A DNA stretch of 63,585 nt, the filler included. It is 6 parts of 6 records of this genome, joined end to end, with 100 filler letters (N's around TTAATTAATTAA, not from the genome) between each part and the next. Parts side by side here need not be neighbours in the genome. Positions count along the whole stretch, not along the records: positions 6,936 to 32,696 come from SRR20825010_2545; 5 more parts are not named here. One strand, 5' to 3'. Every line of letters starts with the position of its first letter. The first letter of the stretch is position 1. This document shows, piece by piece, positions 18,492 through 28,065 of this stretch. The position numbers were made by a program, and so were the translations under genes. The notes under the pieces are model-generated. The model did no database searches. It saw nothing but the letters and a program-made list of their open reading frames with translations, and was not told the origin of the DNA.

Positions 18492-21230
18492 ATGGAGACG
18501 ACCATGAACTGTTCTCAGGCGGTATCTGCCGCTTCTTTTGATTTGGCTACAAAGCCCTTTTCCAAGTCAGACCAGCACTTGATTGCGAATGGATTACCCT
18601 GGGCAGAGGCCCCTTGGCCCATGACGGGGTATCCACATGAAGTCATTGACCGTTTTTGCCAAAGCGATCCGGACCGGACAGTCATTCTGGCGACGAACGA
18701 TGACTGGTCGCGCAAACGTTTGAAGCAAACCTCGGACGCGATTGCACATGCGCTTGTGGCAAGGGGTGTTGGGGTTGGTGACGTTGTTGTTGTTGTTTTG
18801 CCGAAGTCAGCGATGGCGATTGCCGCTATTCTGGGGATCTGGAAGTCAGGTGGTGCGTTTGTTCCGGTGGACCCACAGCATCCCGAAACCCGCAACCGGC
18901 ATGTGCTATCTGATTGCGGTGCGCGTTTCGCCGTAACCAGCCGCGATAGTTTGGCAAGCTTGGGCAACCATGATCTTGAAGCCGTTCTGGTTGAAGATGT
19001 CGGGACAGAGGAAGTCCGGTTTGAAGCTGCAACACCGAGTGCAGATCAATTGGCCTATGTCATTTACACATCTGGTTCGACAGGAAAGCCAAAGGGCGTG
19101 ATGGTTGATCACGGTCCTCTCGTTGATCATCTGAACGCGACTGGTCCGCTTTATCTTATGGATGAAACATCGCGGGAACTGCCATTTCTTCCTTTTTCTT
19201 CGGACGGTGGCCACGAACGATGGATTGTCCCGCTGATGGCCGGGGGTAGCATTCTGTTGCCAGACCAGCTTCTCTGGACACCCGAAGACACGGTCGGTGC
19301 GATCCGCAATCACGGTATTACGCATGCATCGTTTCCCACAAGCTACGTTCATGAATTGGCCGGTTGGTTACGTGAAAAGGAACAGACACTTGATCTGACG
19401 CTTTGTTCTTTTGGTGGCGAGGCAATGCCAAAAGAAACCTTCAATCGCATCGCTCGTGCGATCAATTCACGCTATCTGATCAATGGTTACGGCCCGACCG
19501 AAACGGTGATGACCCCAATGTTATGGCGGGTTAATCAGGATCAGCTTTGTGAGACGGTGACCGCCCCGATCGGACGTCCGGTTGGTGATCGTTGGGCCTA
19601 TATCCTTGACGGTGATGGCAATCCGGTTGCCGATGGCGAGATCGGTGAAATCCATCTTGGTGGATATTGTGTGGCACGCGGCTATAACAATTTGCCGGAA
19701 AAGACCGACAGCCTTTTTGTTTATGACAAATTTGCGCTTGCCGATGACGCGCGGATGTATCGCACCGGTGATCTGGGGCGTTTCTTGCCAGACGGCATGA
19801 TACAGTTTGCCGGACGTGTCGATGATCAGGTCAAAATCCGTGGTCATCGGATTGAACCAGCGGAAATTGAAACTGTCCTGCGCGGGTTTGATGATGTTGC
19901 CAACTGCGTGGTTATCGCGGCGGATGTTGCATCCCGGCTTGAACTGATTGCCTATGTGGTTCCGCGATCGGGTGCGTCGGTTGATACCCGCTCAGTTCGT
20001 GCGCGCTTGCAGCAGCTTTTACCAAGCTCAATGGTGCCTGGTTACATCATTGAGATGACGATGCTTCCGCTCAATGCCAATCACAAGGTCGACAAGGCAC
20101 AGCTTCCTCTGCCACGTCGGGAAGGTACGATAACGCTTCCTGCAAATGATGATGAGATCGCTGTGCTTGCGATCTGGAAATCGGCACTGGGACTTGATGA
20201 CATTGGCGTTAGCGATAATTTTTTTGAAATCGGGGGAAACTCGATCACCGCTCTTCGGGTGCTGGGAAAGATTCGTGAACAGTTCCCGGATAGAAATGCT
20301 GAAATCACCGATCTTTTCAATTTCCCGACAGTCCGAACCTTTTTGACTGCGCTTTTTGAACCGGAATGCAAACCGGGTGCTGACATCGTGCATTTGCAGA
20401 AAGGCAGGTCAGAGCAGCCCGTTCTTTATTGTTTCCCCGGGCTTCTGGTCAGCACGCGTGAATATATGAAACTGGTTAAAAGCCTTGGTGCGGATCAATC
20501 GGCTGTGGGGTTCATGTGCCATTCGCTTTCAGACAGTCAGGAACTTGACGTTTCTGTATCAAACATTAGCGCACGCTATGCCGAGATCGTGCATCGCGAG
20601 GCCAAAGGACGATCCTGTGCATTTCTTGGCTGGTCGTGGGGAGGCTTGCTTGCCTATGAAGCCGCCCGGATGTTGGGCCGCGATATTGATCTGCGTCTGA
20701 TCGGTATGGTCGATGTTTGTGACATGGATGATGATTTTGATCTGAATGCCCGACCAAAATTCCAACCGGGGGAGCGTGAGGAGATCGAAAGCAACATTCG
20801 CCGCTGGCTACAACAAACCGCAATGCGCGAGGAATGGGAACGCCTTTTGGCGCTGATGGATGATCTTGCCTATGCGCAGTTTGTCCATTTCGTCGGTAAA
20901 AGCGAATTTGGCCTTCCGATAGATGGTCCAGGAATTGGGACACGGGAGCACACTTTTTGGGTGCTGATTGATAATGCCCTTGTCTTTCGGCGCCATGAAC
21001 TTCTTCCTTATGACGCACCAATCGCATCCTGGCTGGCAGGTGATACCGTAAGTCGCAAGCTTGATCTCATTGACTGGCAGGCCCTGTCACGTCGGGCCGA
21101 GCAACCAGAACACATTCCTGGCACAGACCATTTGACCATCATTGGTGACCCTGCATTTCACAGACTGTTTGGACGACGTTTGCAACGTGCGTTTGAACAG
21201 ACAGTCAGCTCCGAATTTTCAGGCAATTAG
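18492..21230 (+). CDS. Single-module NRPS (A-T-TE), VbsS-like
   Basis: A domain YVIYTSGSTGKPKG, NGYGPTE, YRTGD, KIRGHRIE; T domain FFEIGGNS; TE GWSWGG and C-terminal DH; no C domain. Confidence 0.93.
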   Translation: METTMNCSQAVSAASFDLATKPFSKSDQHLIANGLPWAEAPWPMTGYPHEVIDRFCQSDPDRTVILATNDDWSRKRLKQTSDAIAHALVARGVGVGDVVVVVLPKSAMAIAAILGIWKSGGAFVPVDPQHPETRNRHVLSDCGARFAVTSRDSLASLGNHDLEAVLVEDVGTEEVRFEAATPSADQLAYVIYTSGSTGKPKGVMVDHGPLVDHLNATGPLYLMDETSRELPFLPFSSDGGHERWIVPLMAGGSILLPDQLLWTPEDTVGAIRNHGITHASFPTSYVHELAGWLREKEQTLDLTLCSFGGEAMPKETFNRIARAINSRYLINGYGPTETVMTPMLWRVNQDQLCETVTAPIGRPVGDRWAYILDGDGNPVADGEIGEIHLGGYCVARGYNNLPEKTDSLFVYDKFALADDARMYRTGDLGRFLPDGMIQFAGRVDDQVKIRGHRIEPAEIETVLRGFDDVANCVVIAADVASRLELIAYVVPRSGASVDTRSVRARLQQLLPSSMVPGYIIEMTMLPLNANHKVDKAQLPLPRREGTITLPANDDEIAVLAIWKSALGLDDIGVSDNFFEIGGNSITALRVLGKIREQFPDRNAEITDLFNFPTVRTFLTALFEPECKPGADIVHLQKGRSEQPVLYCFPGLLVSTREYMKLVKSLGADQSAVGFMCHSLSDSQELDVSVSNISARYAEIVHREAKGRSCAFLGWSWGGLLAYEAARMLGRDIDLRLIGMVDVCDMDDDFDLNARPKFQPGEREEIESNIRRWLQQTAMREEWERLLALMDDLAYAQFVHFVGKSEFGLPIDGPGIGTREHTFWVLIDNALVFRRHELLPYDAPIASWLAGDTVSRKLDLIDWQALSRRAEQPEHIPGTDHLTIIGDPAFHRLFGRRLQRAFEQTVSSEFSGN

Positions 21231-21243
21231 AAGGACTCAGAAG

Positions 21244-22554
21244 ATGGATAAGCTGGATCTGGTCGGGATCGGGATTGGTCCTTTCAATCTTAGTCTTGCG
21301 GCACAACTTGATGACGTTCGCGATGTGAAATATGCATTTCTGGAACAAAAGGCTGAATTTGCCTGGCATCCCGACATGATGCTGCCCGGTGTTGAACTTC
21401 AGACATCTTTCCTGAAGGATCTTGTGACCCTTACCAACCCGACAAGCAAATGGTCGTTTCTGTCCTACATGGTCAGCCAGAAACGTATGCTTGATTTCAT
21501 GAATGCCGATTTTGCAGCCGTACCGCGTCGGGAGTTTGCAGCGTATCTGAAATGGGTTGCGGATCATCTTGGCGGGCTTCTGTTCAATAATGCGGTGCGG
21601 GAAGTCGAATTTGACGGCAATGACTTCCAGGTGCGTTCAGACAATGGCACCTATGTGGCGCGCAATCTTGCAATTGGCATCGGAAAGCCTGCTTTTGTGC
21701 CCGGTTGGGCACGTCATCTGCCGGTTGAGAAATGTTTCCATACAAGCCAGGCAAAATCGCGATTGCCTGATTTGCATGGCAAACGGGTCGCGGTTATCGG
21801 CGGTGGTCAGAGCGGGGCGGAGCTTGTGGAGTATCTGCTTGGCGGAAATGACGGGAATGTGGAAGAAGTCCTTTGGCTGTCACGGCGGGATAATTTTGAG
21901 CCACTTGATGATACGCCGTTTGTGAATGAATATTTCACCCCCGGATATGCTGATATCTTTGCCAGATTGCACGATAGCCGGAAGCAGGAGCTTATGTCGC
22001 GCCAGAAGCTGGCAAGTGACGGGGCTTCGCTTTCGACATTGAAGTCGATCTATCAGCTGATCTATCGGCAAAGATATCTTGATGAGGGTAACGTCATTGC
22101 GCGATTGTTGCCGCAACGTGAGGTCTTTCAGGTTCAGCATGATGGGGAAGATTTCAGGATAGCGGCGCGCAACGGCCTAAATCAGGATGTTGAATTCTTC
22201 CATGTCGATGCATTGATCCTTGCAACAGGGTATGAAACGGCCTTGCCGGAATTCATGGCACCATTGCGCCCACGTCTTGAAGAAGGTGTGTCTGGTGCCT
22301 ACCGGCTTGATGCGGATTTTCGTGCCTGTTGGGATGGCCCGGCTGATCGTAGCATCTTCGTTCAAAATGCCGGGCGTATTGATCTGGGAATCTTTGAACC
22401 ACAGCTCAGCCTGATGGCATGGCGCAGTGCGAAGATCGTCAATGCACTGATGGGGCAGAATGTGTTCGATCTCGATCAAAACCGGCCAATTGTCGATTGG
22501 GTTGCAGATGGGACGCATGTGGCAGATGGCGCTGTGGTTCAGGCGTGGGGATAG
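21244..22554 (+). CDS. L-ornithine/lysine N-monooxygenase (VbsO/PvdA/IucD family)
   Basis: GIGIGPFNL, WHPDMM, QTSFLKDLV, GGGQSGAE and LATGY motifs; AGGA RBS. Confidence 0.93.
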   Translation: MDKLDLVGIGIGPFNLSLAAQLDDVRDVKYAFLEQKAEFAWHPDMMLPGVELQTSFLKDLVTLTNPTSKWSFLSYMVSQKRMLDFMNADFAAVPRREFAAYLKWVADHLGGLLFNNAVREVEFDGNDFQVRSDNGTYVARNLAIGIGKPAFVPGWARHLPVEKCFHTSQAKSRLPDLHGKRVAVIGGGQSGAELVEYLLGGNDGNVEEVLWLSRRDNFEPLDDTPFVNEYFTPGYADIFARLHDSRKQELMSRQKLASDGASLSTLKSIYQLIYRQRYLDEGNVIARLLPQREVFQVQHDGEDFRIAARNGLNQDVEFFHVDALILATGYETALPEFMAPLRPRLEEGVSGAYRLDADFRACWDGPADRSIFVQNAGRIDLGIFEPQLSLMAWRSAKIVNALMGQNVFDLDQNRPIVDWVADGTHVADGAVVQAWG

Positions 22555-22569
22555 TATGGTGTGATAATT

Positions 22570-22616
22570 GATCGGCAAGCGGCCGGGATAAATAGTTTTT
22601 ATCCCGGCTGCCGATC
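22570..22616. terminator. Hairpin between convergent genes, putative terminator
   Basis: GATCGGCA..GCCGGGATAAA / TTTATCCCGGC-TGCCGATC. Confidence 0.6.
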
Positions 22617-22628
22617 CCTCCTTACCAA

Positions 22629-23192
22629 TCAGGCGGGACGCACCAGTTCGGCATTTTGCAGGGCCTTGCGACAACTTTGATCGGCCAGGTGAATATAGGC
22701 GCAGACAGATGCCTTTGAAACGCCGATATCTCTGGCAATGACGTTTTGCGCATACCCATCGACACGGTGGCGATAAAAAGCATTGCGAACATGGGGCGGC
22801 AGTTCCTGCAAGGTGTGTTCAATGACGCGCAGGGCCTGACATCCGCTTAGTCGTGCTTCCGGACAATTGGCAGTACCTGCCGGGCAGAACTCGGTTTGGT
22901 CACTGCCTGAAAACAGGCTGCGTTCAAATGTCATCTGCCGCACCTTGTCAATGGCCATGTTGCGTACAATGCGGGTGATAAATGCACTTGGCGTGGAGAC
23001 TTCCTCGTCAATCTGTATAGTTAGAAGTTTGGCATATGTGTCCTGAACAATATCATCTGCAAGATGTGGGCATTTGACGATGGATTGGGCAATGCGACGC
23101 AGCTTTCCTTCAATGTCCCGGGTTTTGATCAGCAGTTCGTGTCTCTGTTTGTGCTCAAAGGATTTCGGCTCAAGTCGGTTTGATAGGTGCAT
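22629..23192 (-). CDS. Iron-starvation ECF sigma factor (RpoI/PvdS-like)
   Basis: ADDIVQD, RIVRNMAID (region 2); LPPHVRNAF...IARDIGVS (region 4); no adjacent anti-sigma; GGAG RBS. Confidence 0.85.
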   Translation of the reverse strand: MHLSNRLEPKSFEHKQRHELLIKTRDIEGKLRRIAQSIVKCPHLADDIVQDTYAKLLTIQIDEEVSTPSAFITRIVRNMAIDKVRQMTFERSLFSGSDQTEFCPAGTANCPEARLSGCQALRVIEHTLQELPPHVRNAFYRHRVDGYAQNVIARDIGVSKASVCAYIHLADQSCRKALQNAELVRPA

Positions 23193-23219
23193 TTTCCAAT
23201 AGTCTCCATTGGTTTGCTC

Positions 23220-23246
23220 GCAAGTGAAATTAATAGTCACTTGCAA
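23220..23246. promoter_or_regulatory. Inverted repeat with Fur-box-like sequence upstream of the ECF sigma
   Basis: GCAAGTGA-aattaatag-TCACTTGC; contains a degenerate 7-1-7 motif. Confidence 0.45.
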
Positions 23247-23340
23247 ATTTGGGACGTGGCTTTGCACTCTCCGTGAGGTCGATACATCTTTTGTTTTTTG
23301 AGCAGGGCCTGATGGTGCTCCAAACCCGCCTCATGATTCA

Positions 23341-23371
23341 TGAGACGGGATTTCTGATCGCTTTCAGTAAG
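23341..23371 (-). promoter_or_regulatory. ECF sigma promoter, class B (CTTACTGAA-N9-AAATCCCGTCTCA)
   Basis: Both blocks and their spacing are identical to the motif at 30591-30621. Confidence 0.75.
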
Positions 23372-23425
23372 GAAAACTGCGTGTCCGGAAAGTGAACGCA
23401 GTTATGCAAGGGGCTTGTGGAATTT

Positions 23426-24211
23426 CTAGAGTTTTGCGAGCGGGCAGGTGGGGCATATTTTGACACTGGTGAGCAAATACCGCAGGCAACAGACACGCCT
23501 GGAAAGACTGCCATCTTCTGATTGTTTGGTGCTGTATGGATTTGCCAGAGGGTTGCGCATATCGTCGGGGCGTTTTGCATCACTGATCAGCGGTACAAGC
23601 GAGATACGGCTGTCCTTGAGAACGTGTTTTTCGACATAGGCAATTAACACGCCAACATTTGACCAGAATACTTTGGGGGAAACCTTTGATGAGGTTGAAA
23701 GCGACATGATCAGAGGGGTGAGATGCATGGAGATCAGATCATCAAAATGTGCCCATGAACAAGGTGCCACAGGATCGGTGACCGTTTGGCGAACGTGCCT
23801 GTCGGTTAAATCAAACCCCACCGGGCAATTGACGTCATCTGACTTCATGCTGACAAAGCCAGCCTGAAACGGCAGTACTACTTCCCCCCAGGCACCCATG
23901 ACCAGCATAGGCGATAGAAGAAGCCCGAAATACCACTGTGACCACATCGAAACCGCGGCACGACGATCATCATTGGGATATTTCATCTTGCAATAGTGAT
24001 CCAGCAGCGGGGAAAGGCATTCGGGATCATGCAAGTCAAAACAGTCAATACCGGCCTTGGCGTCGGCAGTAACGTGATGACGTTCGCCGAGCCCCTGATA
24101 GGGGCCCTGAAAAACCTGAGCCTTGATTTCCGAAAGCAGTTTGCTTTCTGTCCCGTTGATGGAGGGCTGCCGCGGCGGCAGGTTCGATTGATTGTGTGGT
24201 GCTGACATCAT
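23426..24211 (-). CDS. fhuF: Ferric-siderophore reductase FhuF
   Basis: SMWSQWY, FWSN and C-terminal RRVCCLRY...CPTCP [2Fe-2S] motif. Confidence 0.9.
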   Translation of the reverse strand: MMSAPHNQSNLPPRQPSINGTESKLLSEIKAQVFQGPYQGLGERHHVTADAKAGIDCFDLHDPECLSPLLDHYCKMKYPNDDRRAAVSMWSQWYFGLLLSPMLVMGAWGEVVLPFQAGFVSMKSDDVNCPVGFDLTDRHVRQTVTDPVAPCSWAHFDDLISMHLTPLIMSLSTSSKVSPKVFWSNVGVLIAYVEKHVLKDSRISLVPLISDAKRPDDMRNPLANPYSTKQSEDGSLSRRVCCLRYLLTSVKICPTCPLAKL

Positions 24212-26214
24212 GATGAGGTTTGTCCGATACGCATAAGAAGCCAAACCAGAACCGGTCCGGCAATGATCGCAGCCATCAGGCCAGCAGGTATTTCCCACGG
24301 AAAGAACAACATCCGTCCAAGCCAATCGGCACTCACCATCAGGGCGGCACCGATAAAAGCAGCTCCGATACTATGTGAAAGCGCGTGGCGGAACCCGGCT
24401 AATCGCGCAAGATGTGGGGCAATCAAGCCGGCAAAGCTGAGCGGCCCTACCAGCAATGTTGCCGCGGCCGTCAGAATGGCAGCGAACAGCAACATGCTGC
24501 CACGTGACACCGACAGGTCCACACCCATCGACTTTGTGGTGATGGGGCCTAGCGGAAATAGATTAAGCCAGCGTGCAAGCGCAGGCAGGATTGGCAGGGC
24601 GGTAACAGCAACGATTGCAAGAATAGTGGCACGGTCGAAGCCCAGCCCGTAAGTGGACCCCGAACTCCAGGCCAGAAGGCGTGCGGCACGTGGGTCGCCA
24701 CCTGCCATCAGGAATGCAATGAAACCATCAAATAATGCTCCGATTGCAATTCCGGCAATAAGAATGCGCTCCGGTGCATATCCCGATTTCCGCGTCAGGA
24801 CAAAAATCGCAACCAGTGTCACGAATGCGCCAATTGCGGCCCCGGAAATCAGAAGCCACACAGATGGTGCGTCAATCGCAAAGATGATGGCGATCATGCC
24901 AATTGCCGCCCCGGCACTAACACCGAGACTTTCGGGGCTGGCCATCGGGTTTGCTGTCATGCGCTGCAAGACGGTTCCGGCAATTGCCAGCATTGTTCCA
25001 GCCGCGATTGCCCCCAAAATGCGCGGGCCACGCCATGGCCAGACAGTTTGCAGATCATTTGTCCATTGAAGTTGCCAGAACCCATTTACGTCACGTCCTA
25101 TGAATATCGCACCCGCAATGGCCAGCAGGACACAAGTTCTAAGGATCATTCTGCTTTGCCGAAGGCTCCTATCCTTCGTCGGGATTGCTGTTGTGCTGCG
25201 TGATGGTGGGGAATTGGCACGTAGTTGCCTTATGAGAATAATTAGTAATGGCCCGCCGAAAACACCGGTCAAGGCCCCTGCAGGAACAAGAGTTCCGAGA
25301 TGACCCGAAAGGACCTGTACTCCTTGGTCGGCGGCACAAAGCAGTAGAGCTCCAAACAGTGCAGATGCGATCAGTTTGTGGCGCAGGCGTCTTATACCGA
25401 TCATGCGTGTGATTGCGGGACCAGCCAAGCCAACAAAACCGACAATACCAACTGCGGCAACGGTAACTGCCGTCAGCCAGCAGCCGATCAGGAGGCACAG
25501 CATACGCAGTCGGGCCGGTGATGCACCAAGGGCCGTTGCCTGATGATCATTCAGGTTCAGCATCTCAAGCGGGCGGGCCAGCATAATTGCAACGACCATC
25601 CCGATCGCGACTTTGATGGTCAGCGGATTCAAAATGTACCAGCCATCCTGAGTAAGATCACCGCTGCCCCAGATAAACAGGCTTTTGAGCCATTCATGAT
25701 GAATGATTGCAAGGGCGGTGGTCACAGCCCCGCAATAAAGCCCAATGATCATACCCGTCAGGATCACCACCAACGGCGAGAAACCGCTACGTCGGGCCAA
25801 GGCAAAAACCAACATACCGACCACTAAAGCACCCAGCAGGGCAATCATATCGTGGCCAATGACAAGTGCGCCGGGAACATACAGTGTTGCCAGTGTCAGA
25901 AACAGTTTTGCCCCACCAGCAAGGCCAAGTGTGGACGGTGACGCTAACGGGTTTTTGAGGGTGTGCTGAAACAGTGCACCGGCCGTCGCCAAACCTGCAC
26001 CGGCGACAAAGGAGATCAAAAACCTTGGCACCCAGCCATGGGTTAGCAACAAGGATTGTGTACCCGACGCAGATGCAAGATCGAAAACTATTGCAGGGTT
26101 CAGGCTTCCCGTTTCGATATACAGTGAAAGGGCGCTTAGCAGCAAAGCTGCAATGAAAATCGTCGTCGGTATGGTGCCCAGATATGCGGGGTGGTTACGC
26201 AATGTTGTTGTCAT
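24208..26214 (-). CDS. fhuB: Fe3+-hydroxamate ABC transporter permease (fused halves)
   Basis: Duplicated NPLASPSTLG / NPMASPESLG FecCD motifs; 668 aa. Confidence 0.93.
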   Translation of the reverse strand: MTTTLRNHPAYLGTIPTTIFIAALLLSALSLYIETGSLNPAIVFDLASASGTQSLLLTHGWVPRFLISFVAGAGLATAGALFQHTLKNPLASPSTLGLAGGAKLFLTLATLYVPGALVIGHDMIALLGALVVGMLVFALARRSGFSPLVVILTGMIIGLYCGAVTTALAIIHHEWLKSLFIWGSGDLTQDGWYILNPLTIKVAIGMVVAIMLARPLEMLNLNDHQATALGASPARLRMLCLLIGCWLTAVTVAAVGIVGFVGLAGPAITRMIGIRRLRHKLIASALFGALLLCAADQGVQVLSGHLGTLVPAGALTGVFGGPLLIILIRQLRANSPPSRSTTAIPTKDRSLRQSRMILRTCVLLAIAGAIFIGRDVNGFWQLQWTNDLQTVWPWRGPRILGAIAAGTMLAIAGTVLQRMTANPMASPESLGVSAGAAIGMIAIIFAIDAPSVWLLISGAAIGAFVTLVAIFVLTRKSGYAPERILIAGIAIGALFDGFIAFLMAGGDPRAARLLAWSSGSTYGLGFDRATILAIVAVTALPILPALARWLNLFPLGPITTKSMGVDLSVSRGSMLLFAAILTAAATLLVGPLSFAGLIAPHLARLAGFRHALSHSIGAAFIGAALMVSADWLGRMLFFPWEIPAGLMAAIIAGPVLVWLLMRIGQTSS

Positions 26215-27155
26215 GATGATGTCGCCTCGGCATTCTCCGGCGTGGCTTGGGTAAGCGACTTTGCCAGCAGGTCGGCAAAACGACCGGCGGCAAACAGGCC
26301 ACCAAATGTTGCAATCGGGGGCATCCTGATCAGCCCGTAGCGTTTGATCGGTGGAAGTTCGGAAAGAATGGGACTGTGATCAATTGCCCGGTCAACATTG
26401 TCAGGCACCGGTTCGATGGCAATCATTGCGGCATCGGTATATTGCGCGACCTGATCAATCGAAACGGTCGCAAACCCCCAATGATTGGTTGGGCCAGTCC
26501 AGGCATTCTGGATGGGGAGTTGCGCAATAACATCCTGCATCAGACTGTTTTGGCCAAATACACGCATGTGTCTGGGGGACAGCATGCTGGTAATCAAAAC
26601 CGAACGGGCTTTTGGAGTTGAAAGTTGTCGGGCAGCATGTTCAATTCGCGCAGCTGTATCAGCAACCAGTCTATCGGCGGCGTTCGGGTGACCGGTGACG
26701 TCGCCAATTTTGCGTGCTGCGGTAACCGCATTTGAAAACGGGGTTTTGCTGCTGCTGTAAATGTCGATTTTTTCAATCGGTGCCAGATCACGTAGGCTGG
26801 CATATTGGTTTGCATAGAAGCTGCTGGTCAGGATCAGATCAGGTTTAAGCTGTGCCAGACGTTCAAGGCTTGGCTGGAAACGTGCGCCAAGGTTAATGAC
26901 CCTATCTGGAACAGCCGGTTCCTGCACCCATGCCCGATAACCCGGAATATCGGCCATCGCTAACGGAACAATCCCCATCGCCAGTGCCGTTTCGCTGATT
27001 GCGCCGTCTGCGATCACGATGCGTTTGGGAACTGCCGCCGATGTGGTTTCTGCCATCAGGCCGGATAAAGCGTAACCGCATCCTGATATAATCGATGCCT
27101 GCGTGACAAGGCGCAGGAATGATCGGCGTGAATATAAATGGATTGGTTTATGCAT
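26211..27155 (-). CDS. fhuD: Fe3+-hydroxamate periplasmic binding protein with Tat signal
   Basis: SRRSFL twin-arginine signal; GARFQPSLERLAQLKPDLIL; NAWTGPTNHWGF. Confidence 0.9.
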   Translation of the reverse strand: MHKPIHLYSRRSFLRLVTQASIISGCGYALSGLMAETTSAAVPKRIVIADGAISETALAMGIVPLAMADIPGYRAWVQEPAVPDRVINLGARFQPSLERLAQLKPDLILTSSFYANQYASLRDLAPIEKIDIYSSSKTPFSNAVTAARKIGDVTGHPNAADRLVADTAARIEHAARQLSTPKARSVLITSMLSPRHMRVFGQNSLMQDVIAQLPIQNAWTGPTNHWGFATVSIDQVAQYTDAAMIAIEPVPDNVDRAIDHSPILSELPPIKRYGLIRMPPIATFGGLFAAGRFADLLAKSLTQATPENAEATSS

Positions 27156-27169
27156 TGAAATTCGTCCCG

Positions 27170-27967
27170 TCACACATTGGCCAAGGCAACAGGATGCCCA
27201 TTGGTTGGATGGGGCTGGACAAGCATGTCGATGCCGAAAATATCGCGCAGAATATTGGGCTGCATAATGGTTTGAGGGGATGCATCCGCAATCAGATGGC
27301 CATTTTTCAAGGCAACGATTTGATCGGCAAAGCGCGCAGCCAGATTGATATCGTGCAAAACGGCGATGATGCACAAGCCATCTTGCTTGCTGAGTTCTGC
27401 AAGCAAAAGCAGGATTTCATATTGATGGGCAAGGTCGAGTGCTGAAATTGGCTCGTCCAGAAGCAGGCAAGGTGCCTGCTGGGCCAGCGTGACTGCGATC
27501 CATGCACGTTGCCGTTCTCCACCAGACAGGGTGTGGACAGCACGTTGACGTAATGATTCCAGCCCGGTCAGAGCAATGGCACGTTCGATTGCTTGTTTGT
27601 CGTGGTCCTGTAATCGCCCGAATGGTCCGTGCCAGGGATACCGTCCCAGAGCGACCAGTTCCTCGACGGTGTAATCTGCGCCGTCGCCGGGATCCTGTGC
27701 CAGATAGGCAACGTTTTTTGCAAATTCGCGTGTGCCAAAGCTTGCAATATTTTCGCCATCAAGGGTGACGGTCCCCCCCGATGGTTTGTTCAGCCCAGCC
27801 AGCATTTTAAGGGCCGTCGATTTACCAGAACCGTTATGGCCCACAATTGCAGTCAGGCTGCGCGCCCGAAATGTAACGGAGACTTCCTTAAGAAGGATTG
27901 AGCCCTCCGATGTTTGGAAATGGGTGTCCTGCATGGCAAGAACGGCGGGGCGGTCAGACAAATCCAT
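27170..27967 (-). CDS. fhuC: Fe3+-hydroxamate ABC transporter ATPase
   Basis: GHNGSGKS, LSGGERQRAW, LLLDEP, VLHD. Confidence 0.93.
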   Translation of the reverse strand: MDLSDRPAVLAMQDTHFQTSEGSILLKEVSVTFRARSLTAIVGHNGSGKSTALKMLAGLNKPSGGTVTLDGENIASFGTREFAKNVAYLAQDPGDGADYTVEELVALGRYPWHGPFGRLQDHDKQAIERAIALTGLESLRQRAVHTLSGGERQRAWIAVTLAQQAPCLLLDEPISALDLAHQYEILLLLAELSKQDGLCIIAVLHDINLAARFADQIVALKNGHLIADASPQTIMQPNILRDIFGIDMLVQPHPTNGHPVALANV

Positions 27968-28031
27968 GGCGATGAACCAGTTTCTTGGAAATGCAGAAAA
28001 TCCGCGTTGGACGCGGATTGCGGAAAACGGA

Positions 28032-28057
28032 CCCGGGGCGCGGTATTGCGCCCCGGG
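28032..28057 (-). terminator. GC-rich hairpin immediately downstream of the receptor gene
   Basis: CCCGGGGCGC-ggtatt-GCGCCCCGGG, followed on the minus strand by TCCGTTTT. Confidence 0.55.
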
Positions 28058-28065
28058 ATGCGCGG

